64,000 nucleotides of DNA from Candidatus Poribacteria bacterium (GCA_022394775.1 JAGFCB010000022.1:32633-96632); one strand, 5' to 3'. Counted from the first letter of the stretch, positions 1 to 11,148 are shown. Made by a program: numbers and translations. Notes: generated from the letters alone by a model not told the origin.

Positions 1-1
1 T

Positions 2-880
2 CATAACGTTCCCTATTTTGGCTACGGTGTGTGGCATCCATCAGCAGATTGGATTGACGAGAAATACGAATCACTCTATAATAACATCAACGAAAATGAC
101 GAGGCTTTAAGACTCAGCGTTCGCCGTGGGGATGAGATATTTACGCTCGAAATGCCGGTGGAGTGGCGTGTGATCGCAGCTGTTCAAGAAGAGGGCATTG
201 CTGAAAACGCTGGCATTCAGGATGGAGATGTACTCCTTACGCTTAACGGAGAAACCGTAAACGAGACGACGCTCTACTCACAACTCATTGCGGCAAACCA
301 ACCGATTGAAATCGAATTGATGCGGCAGGGTAGCCTGGAACAAGTAACTCTTTCGGGCGAGACGGAAAGTTCAGAGACGGATCCTAAACATATTATGTTC
401 GGATTGATATGGCAGACCTCTCTCAGCGGTCTGCAGCTCGATGCAAAGGAGCCACCTTTGCCAGAATATGGTATTTTCGCAGCGTTTGAGAAAGGTGTTG
501 AAGCGACATGGTTGACCTTTACAGCCATTGGCAGAACGCTCCAGCAGTTGATAGGTGGTGATGTATCGCCGAAACACCTCGCGGGTCCCGTCGGTATTGC
601 GACCGCAACGAGCAACATGTTTAATCGTCTCGGCTTGAGCAGTGTAATCTTTTTTATCGGGTTTATCAGTATTAATCTTGCTATTGTCAATCTGCTACCG
701 ATTCCGATTGCTGATGGCGGGCAGCTGCTCTTTTGTGCCGTTGAAAAGTTGCGGGGCAAGCCTATGCCCCGAAAGGCACAAGAAATTGTTCAGCAGGTTA
801 CCATTGTTCTTATGATTGCGTTTTTCTTGTACGTCACGTGGTTCGATGGTCTGTCGGTCATTGACAATCTGCGGAATTAG
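2..880 (+). CDS. rseP: RIP metalloprotease RseP, C-terminal part (5' end outside window)
   Basis: PDZ-like segment (AENAGIQDGDVLLTLNG), GPVGI motif and NLLPIPIADGG M50 motif; frame is open to the window edge. Confidence 0.9.
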   Translation, partial: HNVPYFGYGVWHPSADWIDEKYESLYNNINENDEALRLSVRRGDEIFTLEMPVEWRVIAAVQEEGIAENAGIQDGDVLLTLNGETVNETTLYSQLIAANQPIEIELMRQGSLEQVTLSGETESSETDPKHIMFGLIWQTSLSGLQLDAKEPPLPEYGIFAAFEKGVEATWLTFTAIGRTLQQLIGGDVSPKHLAGPVGIATATSNMFNRLGLSSVIFFIGFISINLAIVNLLPIPIADGGQLLFCAVEKLRGKPMPRKAQEIVQQVTIVLMIAFFLYVTWFDGLSVIDNLRN

Positions 881-1007
881 TAGAATAGTCATCGGTTATC
901 AGTTATCAGTTAAGAGACATGCTGTGGCTGGTACAACAAAGCAACTGCCACAAGATGTTAACTCTCACTGCGAAGCATGAAGACTGACGGCTATTAATGG
1001 ATGAAAA

Positions 1008-1727
1008 ATGGATAGAGACAGTATTAAAAAAGAATACATAGAACTCGTTGCAAGTGTGAGGGAATACATGGAAGAGCAACTTCAACTCGGCTTCATAGAA
1101 ACGGAATCCAGCGAGCCCCAAAAACCGTCGCCTTATGCCGATTTCGATCTGCCAGCGTTGGCAACAGATGCCGGAGCCTGCACGAAATGTAGGTTACACG
1201 AGACCCGCAAGCGTGTCGTTTTCGGTGTCGGGAATACGAGTGCTGATCTTATGTTCATCGGTGAGGCACCCGGGGCCGATGAGGATGAACAAGGCGAACC
1301 TTTTGTCGGTAGGGCGGGTCAATTGCTAACACAAATCATTGAGTCAGGGATGAAGCTGAAGCGCGAGGATGTGTATATCGCGAATGTGCTTAAATGCCGT
1401 CCTCCTGGCAACAGAAACCCTGAACCCGATGAGATTGCGTCTTGTAGTCCGTATTTAATCCGTCAGATAGAACTCATCCAACCGAAAGTGATTGTAGCGT
1501 TAGGAAGTTTTGCAGCACAGATGATGATCGGTACAAATATAGGGATTACTAAACTTCGCGGTGAGTTCCATGCGTGTAAGCTTGAGGGATTGCACGTTCT
1601 TCCGCATAAAAAGGCGCCGGTTGTTATGCCGACTTTCCATCCAGCCTACCTTCTCAGAAATCCAAATGCGAAACGCGATGTGTGGGAAGATATAAAAAAA
1701 GTCCTGGCATTTTTGGCGCGAGGATAG
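1008..1727 (+). CDS. Uracil-DNA glycosylase, family 4 (4Fe-4S)
   Basis: Cxx[23 protein letters not shown] and FHPAYLLR motifs. Confidence 0.93.
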   Translation: MDRDSIKKEYIELVASVREYMEEQLQLGFIETESSEPQKPSPYADFDLPALATDAGACTKCRLHETRKRVVFGVGNTSADLMFIGEAPGADEDEQGEPFVGRAGQLLTQIIESGMKLKREDVYIANVLKCRPPGNRNPEPDEIASCSPYLIRQIELIQPKVIVALGSFAAQMMIGTNIGITKLRGEFHACKLEGLHVLPHKKAPVVMPTFHPAYLLRNPNAKRDVWEDIKKVLAFLARG

Positions 1728-1856
1728 AATAGGAAATGGCTATCGGCTATCAGTTAAGATAAGAGAGTTACGCTAACCCTTTTGTCTTTTGCTAACTTCT
1801 GAAAGGTTTTTCGCAGAAAAACCGCCCTGACTGCCGAAAGCCATATTTGAAAAAAT

Positions 1857-4412
1857 ATGAGTTATGCGAACGTTGCTTTTCCACTATCCGTAGATCAGGT
1901 GTTTACCTATGGCGTGCCGCGAGATTTGGACGCGGTTTTGCAACCTGGGGTTCGAGTATTAGCACCGTTTCGCCGAACAAAGCAGGAAGGCGTTGTCGTT
2001 GAACGTGTAGATGAAACCGATCTCGCTCCGAAACTTATCAAGAATGTCTCTGACTGTCTGGATGAGACTCCGATGTACTCTCGTGAGATGCTCAACCTTA
2101 CAAAATGGATGGCGGACTATTATGTCTGTCCGTGGGGCGTTGCGCTCTTTTCAGCAGTGCCAGCTGCTGTCCGCAGCCAGAAAAAGGAGCAGGTCGAGAT
2201 TTTACCCGAATTCTCCGCATCCCTCGGAAAAATCGAAGAAAAATTCGTCGCATTATTAGAAGCAGAAGGCAAACTCTCGATGCGTCAACTTGCCAGACGG
2301 ACTGGGTTGAGTTATCAGGATGTGCGTCCAAAGATTACAGCACTCTCCAACAAAGGTGTTGTTAAGATTGATGTTTCCCATAAACCGAAAGCGACCACGC
2401 AAAAAACGACTGTAGCGGAATTAGCGTTACCGATTGCTGATATTGAGGCAGAAATTGTGCAACTCAAGAATGAGGGAGCAGACGGTTCCAATAAGCGTCG
2501 CCATGCAGGAGATGCGAAACGCGCAGAAGTTCTCGAACTGCTTCTTGCTGAAAGTGCCCCGTTAGCAACGGCGGACTTGATAAAGCGGGTAAATGCGAGC
2601 AGTTCATTGTTACGCCCCTTGGAAAGACGCGGATTTATTCAGATTACACGCGCAGAAACGGTGCGGAATCCGCTGAACTCTGAGTCTGTTGCGCCGACAC
2701 ACCCCCTCCGGTTGAACTCGACGCAATTGACGGCGTTCTCGGAAATTCAAAAAGTCCTGGCATCAGACCCTGTAGGAGGGGTTTGTCCCCCCGATTCTTT
2801 GAACAAAGCTAAGCGGCCGCCGACTTTTCTCTTACACGGGGTAACCGGCAGCGGAAAAACAGAGGTCTATATGCAGGCGATGGCGGAAGTGTTGGCGAAT
2901 GGAAAGTCTGTGATAGTGTTGGTCCCAGAGATTTCACTTACACCGCAAACGGCTTCTCGATTTGTTGGACGCTTCGGGGAACGGGTCGCATTGTTGCATA
3001 GTCGGTTGAACGATGGCGAACGCTATGACCAATGGCATCGCATTCAGAAAGGTGAAGCGGATATTGTTATCGGTCCGCGTTCTGCTGTCTTTGCCCCAGT
3101 CAAAGCACTCGGCATGCTGATTATAGACGAGGAGCATTCGGACTCTTATAAATCGGATAACGCCCCGCGTTACCATGCGCGGGAAGTGGCGCAAAAACGG
3201 AGCGAACTCGCGAATTGTCCTGTTCTGCTTGGAAGTGCGACCCCATCTCTTGAGAGTTTCCATCATGCGAAAAATGGGAGTTATCGGCTTCTCAATTTAC
3301 CGAACCGTGTTTTTGATAGAAAGATGCCCGATGTTCACATCGTTGATATGCGAACCGAACTGAAAAAGGGCAATCGCACGATCTTCTCCGAGATACTCCG
3401 AAGTTCTATTGAAGAGCGGCTTGTCCGGCGAGAGCAAATTATTCTGTTCCTTAACCGGCGTGGACACTCCACTTATGTCTTCTGCCGAACGTGCGGCTAT
3501 GTTGAACAGTGTGACAATTGTTCTATCTCGTTAACCTACCACCGTGAGACGCAACTGCTTGTTTGCCACCACTGTGGTGCCAAACGTCCGACGCAGCCTA
3601 CCTGTCCGCAGTGCGGCAGTGAGGCTATCCGCTTTTTTGGTGCGGGAACAGAGGCGGTTGAGCAAGAGGTGCACAAGGCATTTCCAAAGGCGAGTGTCCA
3701 GCGATTTGATGCGGATTCGACGGCGCGAAAAAATGCGCATCAGCAGATTTTGAAAAGATTTGAACAGCAGAAGATTGACATCCTGATCGGTACACAGATG
3801 GTATCAAAAGGGTTAGACTTTCCGAACGTTACACTTGTCGGGGTTATCGCAGCGGATACGGCTTTAAATCTACCGGATTTCCGAGCGAGTGAGCAAACGT
3901 TCAGTCTGTTAACGCAGGTTGCGGGACGCTCTGGACGTGCTGAACTTGAGGGTAAAGTTGTCATCCAGACGTATATGCCGGAGCATTATTGTATCGCGGC
4001 TGCACAGAAGCACGACTACCTTGATTTCTATCAGCAGGAGATTGAAGCGCGCGGCGCGTTACAGTATCCACCGTTCTCGCATGTCGCAGTGCTCTTACTG
4101 CGGGGTAAAGACGAAAAAGAGGTCATTGATACCGCCCATGCTGTGCGCGATCAACTTGAGATATGGCAGACAGATCAAGCGCGTCCTTCGCGGGCACCTG
4201 ATACGCAAGAACTGGCAGTGGAAATCCTCGGTCCTGCCCCGGCACCGCTCTCGAAAATTGAAGGAAAATTTCGGTGGCATCTCTTGCTCCGAAGCCCTGC
4301 GGCGGAGAAAATGGGGCACCTCCTTAGACGTTTAAGTGACGATCCGCCTGTCAGCATTAAATCAAAGGCTATTGAATTTGTGATAGATATTGATCCAACG
4401 AATACACTCTAA
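1857..4412 (+). CDS. priA: Primosomal protein N' (replication restart helicase)
   Basis: GVTGSGKTEVY, DEEH, four CxxC pairs, QVAGRSGR, terminal IDIDP. Confidence 0.97.
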   Translation: MSYANVAFPLSVDQVFTYGVPRDLDAVLQPGVRVLAPFRRTKQEGVVVERVDETDLAPKLIKNVSDCLDETPMYSREMLNLTKWMADYYVCPWGVALFSAVPAAVRSQKKEQVEILPEFSASLGKIEEKFVALLEAEGKLSMRQLARRTGLSYQDVRPKITALSNKGVVKIDVSHKPKATTQKTTVAELALPIADIEAEIVQLKNEGADGSNKRRHAGDAKRAEVLELLLAESAPLATADLIKRVNASSSLLRPLERRGFIQITRAETVRNPLNSESVAPTHPLRLNSTQLTAFSEIQKVLASDPVGGVCPPDSLNKAKRPPTFLLHGVTGSGKTEVYMQAMAEVLANGKSVIVLVPEISLTPQTASRFVGRFGERVALLHSRLNDGERYDQWHRIQKGEADIVIGPRSAVFAPVKALGMLIIDEEHSDSYKSDNAPRYHAREVAQKRSELANCPVLLGSATPSLESFHHAKNGSYRLLNLPNRVFDRKMPDVHIVDMRTELKKGNRTIFSEILRSSIEERLVRREQIILFLNRRGHSTYVFCRTCGYVEQCDNCSISLTYHRETQLLVCHHCGAKRPTQPTCPQCGSEAIRFFGAGTEAVEQEVHKAFPKASVQRFDADSTARKNAHQQILKRFEQQKIDILIGTQMVSKGLDFPNVTLVGVIAADTALNLPDFRASEQTFSLLTQVAGRSGRAELEGKVVIQTYMPEHYCIAAAQKHDYLDFYQQEIEARGALQYPPFSHVAVLLLRGKDEKEVIDTAHAVRDQLEIWQTDQARPSRAPDTQELAVEILGPAPAPLSKIEGKFRWHLLLRSPAAEKMGHLLRRLSDDPPVSIKSKAIEFVIDIDPTNTL

Positions 4413-4554
4413 GAGTAGTTATAAGTTATAAGTACGGTTTTTCTGCGAAAAACCTTTAGGTTATAAGTAAAGAGCGGTCGGGAGTTTCTGAACCCTCTTA
4501 ACTTATAACTTATAACTGCGTACTCGCTAACTAATTACAAGGAATTAATTATAG

Positions 4555-5514
4555 ATGGGTAACCGGATATTTGAGAAACTTGCTGATCCAGACCTGCTTG
4601 CACAAAACCCGATCCTGGTTTTTGCGGCGGATCCACTTGCATCCGCTGGCATTAAAGGACTCGGACAGGTGCAGCATCCAAAACCACACTATCGTACACA
4701 CGCAGAGTTCTTGCAGCTTCAACGCGACCTCGTCGCTGATGGGCAATTAGATGGACTTCTGATGACACCTGCCGATGCAGAAACGCTTGCGCTTGAAGAA
4801 GACCTGCTTGAGAGCTCGCCGATCACACCGATTGTCCGGATGAATTCAGAAACCGCCATCTGGAACCCACGATTTGGTGTCTATACCTCACACCCGTCGA
4901 TGCCGTTTCAGACGGTATTTCCGGAGGATATGCAACGCTATTGTGAGGCACTTATCGGTCCCGCGCTGGAATGCAAGGTTAATCTTGGGTTGTACTCCAT
5001 TACACTCAACAACGATCCAGCCGCAGATGAACGGATGCTGCAAGCGTATGTACAATTCGCGCATGTCGTCGGTGAAATTGAAGGCTTCGATCATCTCTTA
5101 GAGGTGTTTTTACCGAACGTTAAACTCCCCGGCATGGACGAGGAAAAACGGGGTATGTACGTTGCGGATTCAATTGTTCGGACGATGAGTTACCTTCGGA
5201 AACACCAACGTCCCCGCTTTATTAAGACAGCGTATACGACTGGCGATGTCTGGGCTGAGTTGTGCCAATTCGATACGACGCTGGTGATCGGTGCGTTGGG
5301 CGGTCCTCGTCAAAACGCGCGTAGCACATTCACCTTGGCGCATAATGTCGTCAGTAACGGCGGACGTGCTATTCTGTTCGGACGCACCATCTTTGGAGAG
5401 GATGACCCGATCGGCTTTGTGCAATGCCTGCGTCGTGTGCTTGATGGCGAAGAAGATGCCCAGAGTGCCCATGCGTCGTATCAGAAGTTGTTGCGAGGTG
5501 TCCGTACGGGTTAG
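4555..5514 (+). CDS. Putative class I aldolase-like TIM-barrel protein
   Basis: HLLEVF, FIKTAY (candidate Schiff-base Lys), ALGG and GGRAILFGRTIF resemble the DeoC/FbaB/LacD-like barrel. Confidence 0.6.
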   Translation: MGNRIFEKLADPDLLAQNPILVFAADPLASAGIKGLGQVQHPKPHYRTHAEFLQLQRDLVADGQLDGLLMTPADAETLALEEDLLESSPITPIVRMNSETAIWNPRFGVYTSHPSMPFQTVFPEDMQRYCEALIGPALECKVNLGLYSITLNNDPAADERMLQAYVQFAHVVGEIEGFDHLLEVFLPNVKLPGMDEEKRGMYVADSIVRTMSYLRKHQRPRFIKTAYTTGDVWAELCQFDTTLVIGALGGPRQNARSTFTLAHNVVSNGGRAILFGRTIFGEDDPIGFVQCLRRVLDGEEDAQSAHASYQKLLRGVRTG

Positions 5515-5659
5515 CAAGGCTCCGTTATTCCTGAGGTCTGGTAGGCGCGCTTTGTAAATGTGCTTACCAGACAATCCAGCACAGTCTAACAGGCTATGCT
5601 ATAGCGGATCAAGAACACAGCCCAACAGGCTATGCTACAGCGGATTAGGAGATTTCTAA

Positions 5660-6964
5660 ATGCAGCATCAACCGTTAGAAACGCCGCGTATTCTCCTGCT
5701 CCTTCCAACACGCACATATCGGGCTACGGACTTCCTTGACGCTGCATTGAAACTTGATGTAGAGATCGTTATCGCTTCAGAAGAAGCCGCGACGACGGCG
5801 GATCTTTCGCCGCGCCAATGGCTTGTGTTGGACATCGCTGTGCCGAGCGTTGCGACCCAGACAATCCTTGAATTTGCTGAAACATACCCTATCACAGCGA
5901 TAGTTGGTGTTGATGACGATACTACGTTGCTTGCCACAACTGCCTCAGCGGCGTTAGGGCTTCCACACAATCCTGTTGCTTCAGCGAAAGCCACACGCGA
6001 TAAATACCTCTTACGGGACACATTAGCAACAAACAGTGTATCGGTCCCTGCTTACCAACGCTTCTCTATCTATGATGACGCTGTTGAAATAGCGCAGAAG
6101 CTCGGAACGGACATACCGATCACTTTCCCGTGTGTTATTAAGCCGTTATCCCTCTCCGCAAGCCGCGGTGTCATCCGTGCAGACACGCCTGCTGAATTCG
6201 TCGAAGCCTTTCAACGGACCACCAAACTCTTGCACGCTTTACAGGAAACCACTAATGCAGGCGGGGATTGTAACCCCGATTCCTCGGGGCACCCCTCGCA
6301 ATACCTACTCGTTGAAGACTATATCCCGGGGATAGAGGTAGCACTTGAGGGGATTCTCTTAGATGGTGAGCTGAAGGTGCTCGCGCTCTTCGATAAACCA
6401 GATCCGCTTGAGGGTCCTTTTTTTGAGGAGACACTCTATATCACGCCTTCCCGTTTACCGACGGATACCCAGGCAGCATTACATCATGCGACAGCAGAAG
6501 CTGCAGATGCTTTAGGGCTGCAGCACGGACCCGTTCACGCCGAATTGCGCTATAACGAGGAAGGCGCGCATCTCATCGAAATCGCTGCCCGAACGATTGG
6601 GGGCCTTTGCTCTCGGACCTTACGGTTCGGAACGGGGATGTCATTGGAGGAACTTGTTATCCGTCATGCGATTGGGCAACCGGTGGAAACATTACAGCGA
6701 GAACAACAAGCGGCAGGGGTCATGATGATTCCGGTGCCAAAGGCTGGTATCTTAGGCGAAGTGCGTGGCAAAACGCAGGCGTATCACGTAGACGGAATTG
6801 TAGAGGTTAACATCACGATCCCTATCGGCGGAGAGGTTGTGCCGTTACCGGAAGGGGCGCGGTATCTCGGTTTCATCTTTGCGCGTGCTGAAACACCCGA
6901 AGCGGTGGAGGCAGCATTGCGTGAAGCACATCGGCAGTTGGAATTTGTGATTCTGGCGGAGTGA
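5660..6964 (+). CDS. ATP-grasp domain protein
   Basis: RDKY, PCVIKP, SASRGV, VEDYIPG, HAELR and IEIAARTIGG motifs. Confidence 0.88.
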   Translation: MQHQPLETPRILLLLPTRTYRATDFLDAALKLDVEIVIASEEAATTADLSPRQWLVLDIAVPSVATQTILEFAETYPITAIVGVDDDTTLLATTASAALGLPHNPVASAKATRDKYLLRDTLATNSVSVPAYQRFSIYDDAVEIAQKLGTDIPITFPCVIKPLSLSASRGVIRADTPAEFVEAFQRTTKLLHALQETTNAGGDCNPDSSGHPSQYLLVEDYIPGIEVALEGILLDGELKVLALFDKPDPLEGPFFEETLYITPSRLPTDTQAALHHATAEAADALGLQHGPVHAELRYNEEGAHLIEIAARTIGGLCSRTLRFGTGMSLEELVIRHAIGQPVETLQREQQAAGVMMIPVPKAGILGEVRGKTQAYHVDGIVEVNITIPIGGEVVPLPEGARYLGFIFARAETPEAVEAALREAHRQLEFVILAE

Positions 6965-6989
6965 GCGACAGCAAGTTTAGGATGACGGT

Positions 6990-8651
6990 ATGCTGACAAA
7001 ACCATCCATTCTAATTCTTATTGTTATTATGGGCTTTCTCAGGACAGCACACGCGGAGAAAGATACACCCTTATTTACGGAAGTAAGCACTGCGCTCGGT
7101 TTTCCGCAACCGGAGACTTCTTGGTCTGCAGGCACATACGCCCTACCTGAGGTTATCGGTAGCGGGGTTGCAGTCTTTGATTACAATAATGATGACGCGC
7201 TGGATATTCTACACATTCGATTCCCGCCTCCGGGTGTGAGTGCCCCCGCGCCAAACCGACTTTTTCAACAACAACGGGATGGGACATTTGTTGACGTTAC
7301 AGCAGCCTCCGGCATTGGACATGAGGGTTACGGACAAGGGGTCGCAATCGGAGATGTGGATAACGATAGGGATATGGATGTCTATGTGACGAACTACGGT
7401 AGCGATGCTTTCTATCGAAACAAGGGTGATGGGACATTCGCCTTAGAGGAAGTAGGTCTCTCAAATGCGGCGTGGGGAACGTCTGCGACTTTCGGTGATT
7501 ATGACAGGGATGGCGACCTCGATCTCTATGTCGCGAACTACGTTGCGTTTGAGCCAGAGAGCGTCTGTCGTGGGAAACATGGTGCCCCAGATTACTGTAA
7601 CCCACAAGTTTTTGAGGCTGCCCCGGATCGACTTTTTCGGAACGATGGCAATGGTTCTTTCACCGATGTAACCGAGCCGTCGGGTATTGCTGCAATGTCC
7701 GGCAGGGGTCTCGGTGTTGTGTGTTTGGATCTGACGGGTGATGGTTGGTCGGATTTTTTTGTTGCCAATGACGGCGAAGCGAACCATCTGTGGGTCAATC
7801 AGACCGACGGTACTTTTGCTGAGGAAGCCATATTGCACGGGCTTGCGTTTAACACTTACGGTCAACCCGAAGGCAGCATGGGTATCGCTGTCGGGGATGT
7901 CAACGGCGATACACTGCCTGACCTATTTGCGACGCATTTGTCTGGCGAGACAAATACACTCTATATCGCCTCTAACCACTCCGTATTTACAGATATGACT
8001 GAAATAGCAGGTTTCGCAGGACGCGACCTACCTTTTACAGGCTTTGGATGTGGTTTCCTTGATTTCGACAACGATGCCTATCTTGACATCGCGCTCGCCA
8101 ATGGAAGGGTGAAGCGCGGAGAGATTTTAGATGGTTCAGACGTTGGAGAATTCTGGAATTTTTATGCCGAACCCAATCTCCTCTTTCAAAATAGCCATCA
8201 GCCGATAGCCCATTTTACCGATGTGAGTTCCCGCGCGCCTGACTTTACGAGACGCGTTGAGGTGAGCCGCGGAATGGCTTTCGGTGATATTGACAGGGAC
8301 GGCGATGTTGATATGGTAATGAGCAGTCTTGATAATCGGCTTCGCGTTTTCCGAAACGACGCGCCACCACCTGAGCACCATTGGCTATTTGTGCAAGCGA
8401 TTACGCAAAATCGAGATGCGCTCGGGGCACAAGTGACACTCCGAACTGAATCACGCACTTTGACAGGTTACATGCTGTCGGGGACGAGTTACCTCAGTAG
8501 TAGTGAACCGAGTGTACATTTCGGTCTCGGAACAGTTGATAAAATTCAAGCGATTGAGGTGCATTGGCCAGACGGAAGTCGCGAAAGCTTCCCGGGGACA
8601 ACTGCGAATCGACGTGTAAAGGTTTATCAAGGAAAAGGCAGGGTATTTTGA
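6990..8651 (+). CDS. CRTAC1-like FG-GAP repeat / ASPIC-UnbV protein
   Basis: Signal peptide, repeated DxDxDGDxD motifs, C-terminal SYLSS..VHFGLG..WPDG. Confidence 0.9.
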   Translation: MLTKPSILILIVIMGFLRTAHAEKDTPLFTEVSTALGFPQPETSWSAGTYALPEVIGSGVAVFDYNNDDALDILHIRFPPPGVSAPAPNRLFQQQRDGTFVDVTAASGIGHEGYGQGVAIGDVDNDRDMDVYVTNYGSDAFYRNKGDGTFALEEVGLSNAAWGTSATFGDYDRDGDLDLYVANYVAFEPESVCRGKHGAPDYCNPQVFEAAPDRLFRNDGNGSFTDVTEPSGIAAMSGRGLGVVCLDLTGDGWSDFFVANDGEANHLWVNQTDGTFAEEAILHGLAFNTYGQPEGSMGIAVGDVNGDTLPDLFATHLSGETNTLYIASNHSVFTDMTEIAGFAGRDLPFTGFGCGFLDFDNDAYLDIALANGRVKRGEILDGSDVGEFWNFYAEPNLLFQNSHQPIAHFTDVSSRAPDFTRRVEVSRGMAFGDIDRDGDVDMVMSSLDNRLRVFRNDAPPPEHHWLFVQAITQNRDALGAQVTLRTESRTLTGYMLSGTSYLSSSEPSVHFGLGTVDKIQAIEVHWPDGSRESFPGTTANRRVKVYQGKGRVF

Positions 8652-10234
8652 TGAAATGGCTTCTCTATCTTCTCCTCATACTGACGAGTCATTTTGTATT
8701 TGCGGACGGTAAGATTGATATTCCGCAGCCTGCCGATCTCGATTTGGTTGAAGAAGAACTGCTTTTAGAGGCGATTAGCGCTGCACAAGATGCAGTTCGG
8801 AATTCGCCTGATGATGCAGAAGCGTGGGGATACTTGGGACACGTCTACCTCAGCCATGGTTGGGAGGTACCAGCGATCCCGTGTTATAGCCGAGCCAGTA
8901 GCCTCGCGCCTGAGGAATTCAAGTGGTTATATTTCCTTGGACGTTTGACGCAGCAGCGTCATCCCGAAGCCGCTGTGAAACATCTCACCCGTGCCCTTAC
9001 TTTAGATGCGACTTATGCCCCCGCGCATCTCTATCTTGCTTCTGCCCTCCGCATTTTGGGGAAGTTTGATACAGCACAGCAGCATTTGGTGCGCGCGAAA
9101 CGCCTCCAACCCGATAACCCATTTTCTGAACTCTGGCTCGGCGAAATAGCACTTGCAAAGCAAAACGTGAAACTGGCGCGAACGCATTTAGAAGAGGCAC
9201 TTCGTTTGAACCCTGGACAAAGTGAAGCACACGCGCTGATGGCACAGATTGCTCTCACACTCGGGGATAAACAGGTGGCAAAACAGCACGCGCAAGCGGC
9301 TCGGCGCGCCAGTCAATATGGCGAATTATCTGATCCGATGTGGTGGGATGTGCTGCAAGCGGGTGTTACTACTTCTCTGTATGCGGAACGTGGTAGACGT
9401 TATATGTCAAAAGGCGACTATGTGAGTGCTGTTGCGGAATTTGAGCTGCTCATTTCAGACGATCAGAAGGATGCGGACCTATGGCTTGATTACGGCATCG
9501 CTCTGCTTCATACAGGGAAATATAGTCAGGCACTCACTGTGTTAGAACGTGTAAAAACACTCCTCCGCTCGAATAAAAATGTCCAGAAACAGAAAAAACC
9601 TGATGAGATAGCCTATTTGAAAGCGCAGGTCTACTACTATATAGCGCAAATCTACTATGAAACTGGACACCCTGACGCAGCAATCCGTACCGGTCAAAAG
9701 GCTGTTCAGCTGCTCCATAACCTCATTGAAAAATCACAAGCATCGGAGGAAATTGGCGATTCAAGGCATCTCACGTTTTTGACGAACGTTTATGCGAACC
9801 TTGCCCTGGTATACGAAGATGCAGAGCAGTTGGGACAAGCAATAATACAGTATCAGAAAGCACTCGAACTGTTGCCAACGGAACCTTCACTGCACCGAGA
9901 CCTCGCTGGTGTCTATTGGAAAGAACGACGTTATGCTGAAGCGAAACCGCATTACGCAGCAGTTATCGCCGATAACGCAACGGACGTACAGGCGATTTAT
10001 AGACTTGGGCTCATTTTTCTGACAAAAGGAGACTATAAAGACGCTGTCGCGCAGTTTGAGCAGGTTATTGCGCTTGAGACAGGGCACGTCGGAGCGTACG
10101 AGGCGTTGGGAATTGCTTACCAGAAACGTGGGGCTAATTCAAAGGCAATTGAAGCGTTTGAAAAGGCGTTACAGTTAGAACCAAATAACAAGAATGTATT
10201 GAAGATGCTCAAGCAGCTTCACGAAGTGAAATAG
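8651..10234 (+). CDS. Secreted tetratricopeptide repeat protein
   Basis: ATG at 8651 overlaps the upstream TGA and gives a signal peptide (MKWLLYLLLIL); many TPR units; commonly paired with CRTAC1-like genes. Confidence 0.88.
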   Translation: MKWLLYLLLILTSHFVFADGKIDIPQPADLDLVEEELLLEAISAAQDAVRNSPDDAEAWGYLGHVYLSHGWEVPAIPCYSRASSLAPEEFKWLYFLGRLTQQRHPEAAVKHLTRALTLDATYAPAHLYLASALRILGKFDTAQQHLVRAKRLQPDNPFSELWLGEIALAKQNVKLARTHLEEALRLNPGQSEAHALMAQIALTLGDKQVAKQHAQAARRASQYGELSDPMWWDVLQAGVTTSLYAERGRRYMSKGDYVSAVAEFELLISDDQKDADLWLDYGIALLHTGKYSQALTVLERVKTLLRSNKNVQKQKKPDEIAYLKAQVYYYIAQIYYETGHPDAAIRTGQKAVQLLHNLIEKSQASEEIGDSRHLTFLTNVYANLALVYEDAEQLGQAIIQYQKALELLPTEPSLHRDLAGVYWKERRYAEAKPHYAAVIADNATDVQAIYRLGLIFLTKGDYKDAVAQFEQVIALETGHVGAYEALGIAYQKRGANSKAIEAFEKALQLEPNNKNVLKMLKQLHEVK

Positions 10235-10303
10235 ATTTTATAGAGGCGCGCTTCACATGCTGCCAAACGCGCCTACAAGCCTCAAAAACCAGACGATTAT
10301 CGC

Positions 10304-11074
10304 TTATTTGTAATGGTGGGTTGACTTAATATGTCCCCAAGTTGTACCGAGTTTGTTCTTCGGATCGACTGCTAAATAGTTCTTAAACCCTTTTTCCATG
10401 AGTTCCTGAATATCTTCTTGTTCCAAGGCGGAATGGAAGATAGCGACTTCGTCCATTGCTCCCGGAAAGAAGTTTCCAGCGGCATCCCAGACCCCGCAGC
10501 CCCCGATATTGACGTTAAAGTTAGATGAACCGTGATTTGCCCAACCGCCTTTTTTCTCGGTGTATTCACCATCAATATAGGTATGGACGTACTCTGTTGT
10601 AGCAACGCACCCGACGTGATGCCATTCACCGTTATCGTGTTTGTGTTCCCAAGGACGCGCCGTTCCGCCTGCAGTAGGTGTCCAGAGGTTTACGGATTGC
10701 GGGTTAATAAAACCGAACTCAGGAGAATCGTTTTGTCCGACGAGTCCGGTACGGTTCGCGTTAACATCACCGGTCTGGACCCAACAGAGAATGGTGAACT
10801 CTTCGAGACCATCCAAGAGTTTTTCATGGGTTGAGACACAACTGGCTTTTCCATCGAATTCAAGCGCTTGACCGAATTTACCTTTTACCCATTCAGGAGA
10901 TTTGATAAGTTCGCCATCGTTTCCGCCATCGGAGAGATCACCCGCGGTATTCCCTTTACCTTCATCAAATAACCAGATACCGACGGCGGTTTCGAGATCA
11001 ATTTCGGCGGTGGTGATATGAACAGCGATGAGGCTGAAACACATTACGCCGAGCGTTAATAAAACTTTTTTCAT
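10304..11074 (-). CDS. Secreted LamG-like jellyroll protein with conserved C-terminal tail
   Basis: Signal peptide; WLFDEG, GKFGQALEFDG, WHHV, MDEVAIF; tail AVDPKNKLGTTWGHIK. Confidence 0.88.
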   Translation of the reverse strand: MKKVLLTLGVMCFSLIAVHITTAEIDLETAVGIWLFDEGKGNTAGDLSDGGNDGELIKSPEWVKGKFGQALEFDGKASCVSTHEKLLDGLEEFTILCWVQTGDVNANRTGLVGQNDSPEFGFINPQSVNLWTPTAGGTARPWEHKHDNGEWHHVGCVATTEYVHTYIDGEYTEKKGGWANHGSSNFNVNIGGCGVWDAAGNFFPGAMDEVAIFHSALEQEDIQELMEKGFKNYLAVDPKNKLGTTWGHIKSTHHYK

Positions 11075-11148
11075 GGTGTTCCTCTCTAATATTTACCGTA
11101 AGCGTGTTTGATAGACGCTATAGTATTAAGATTCATTCTCAATTTAAC

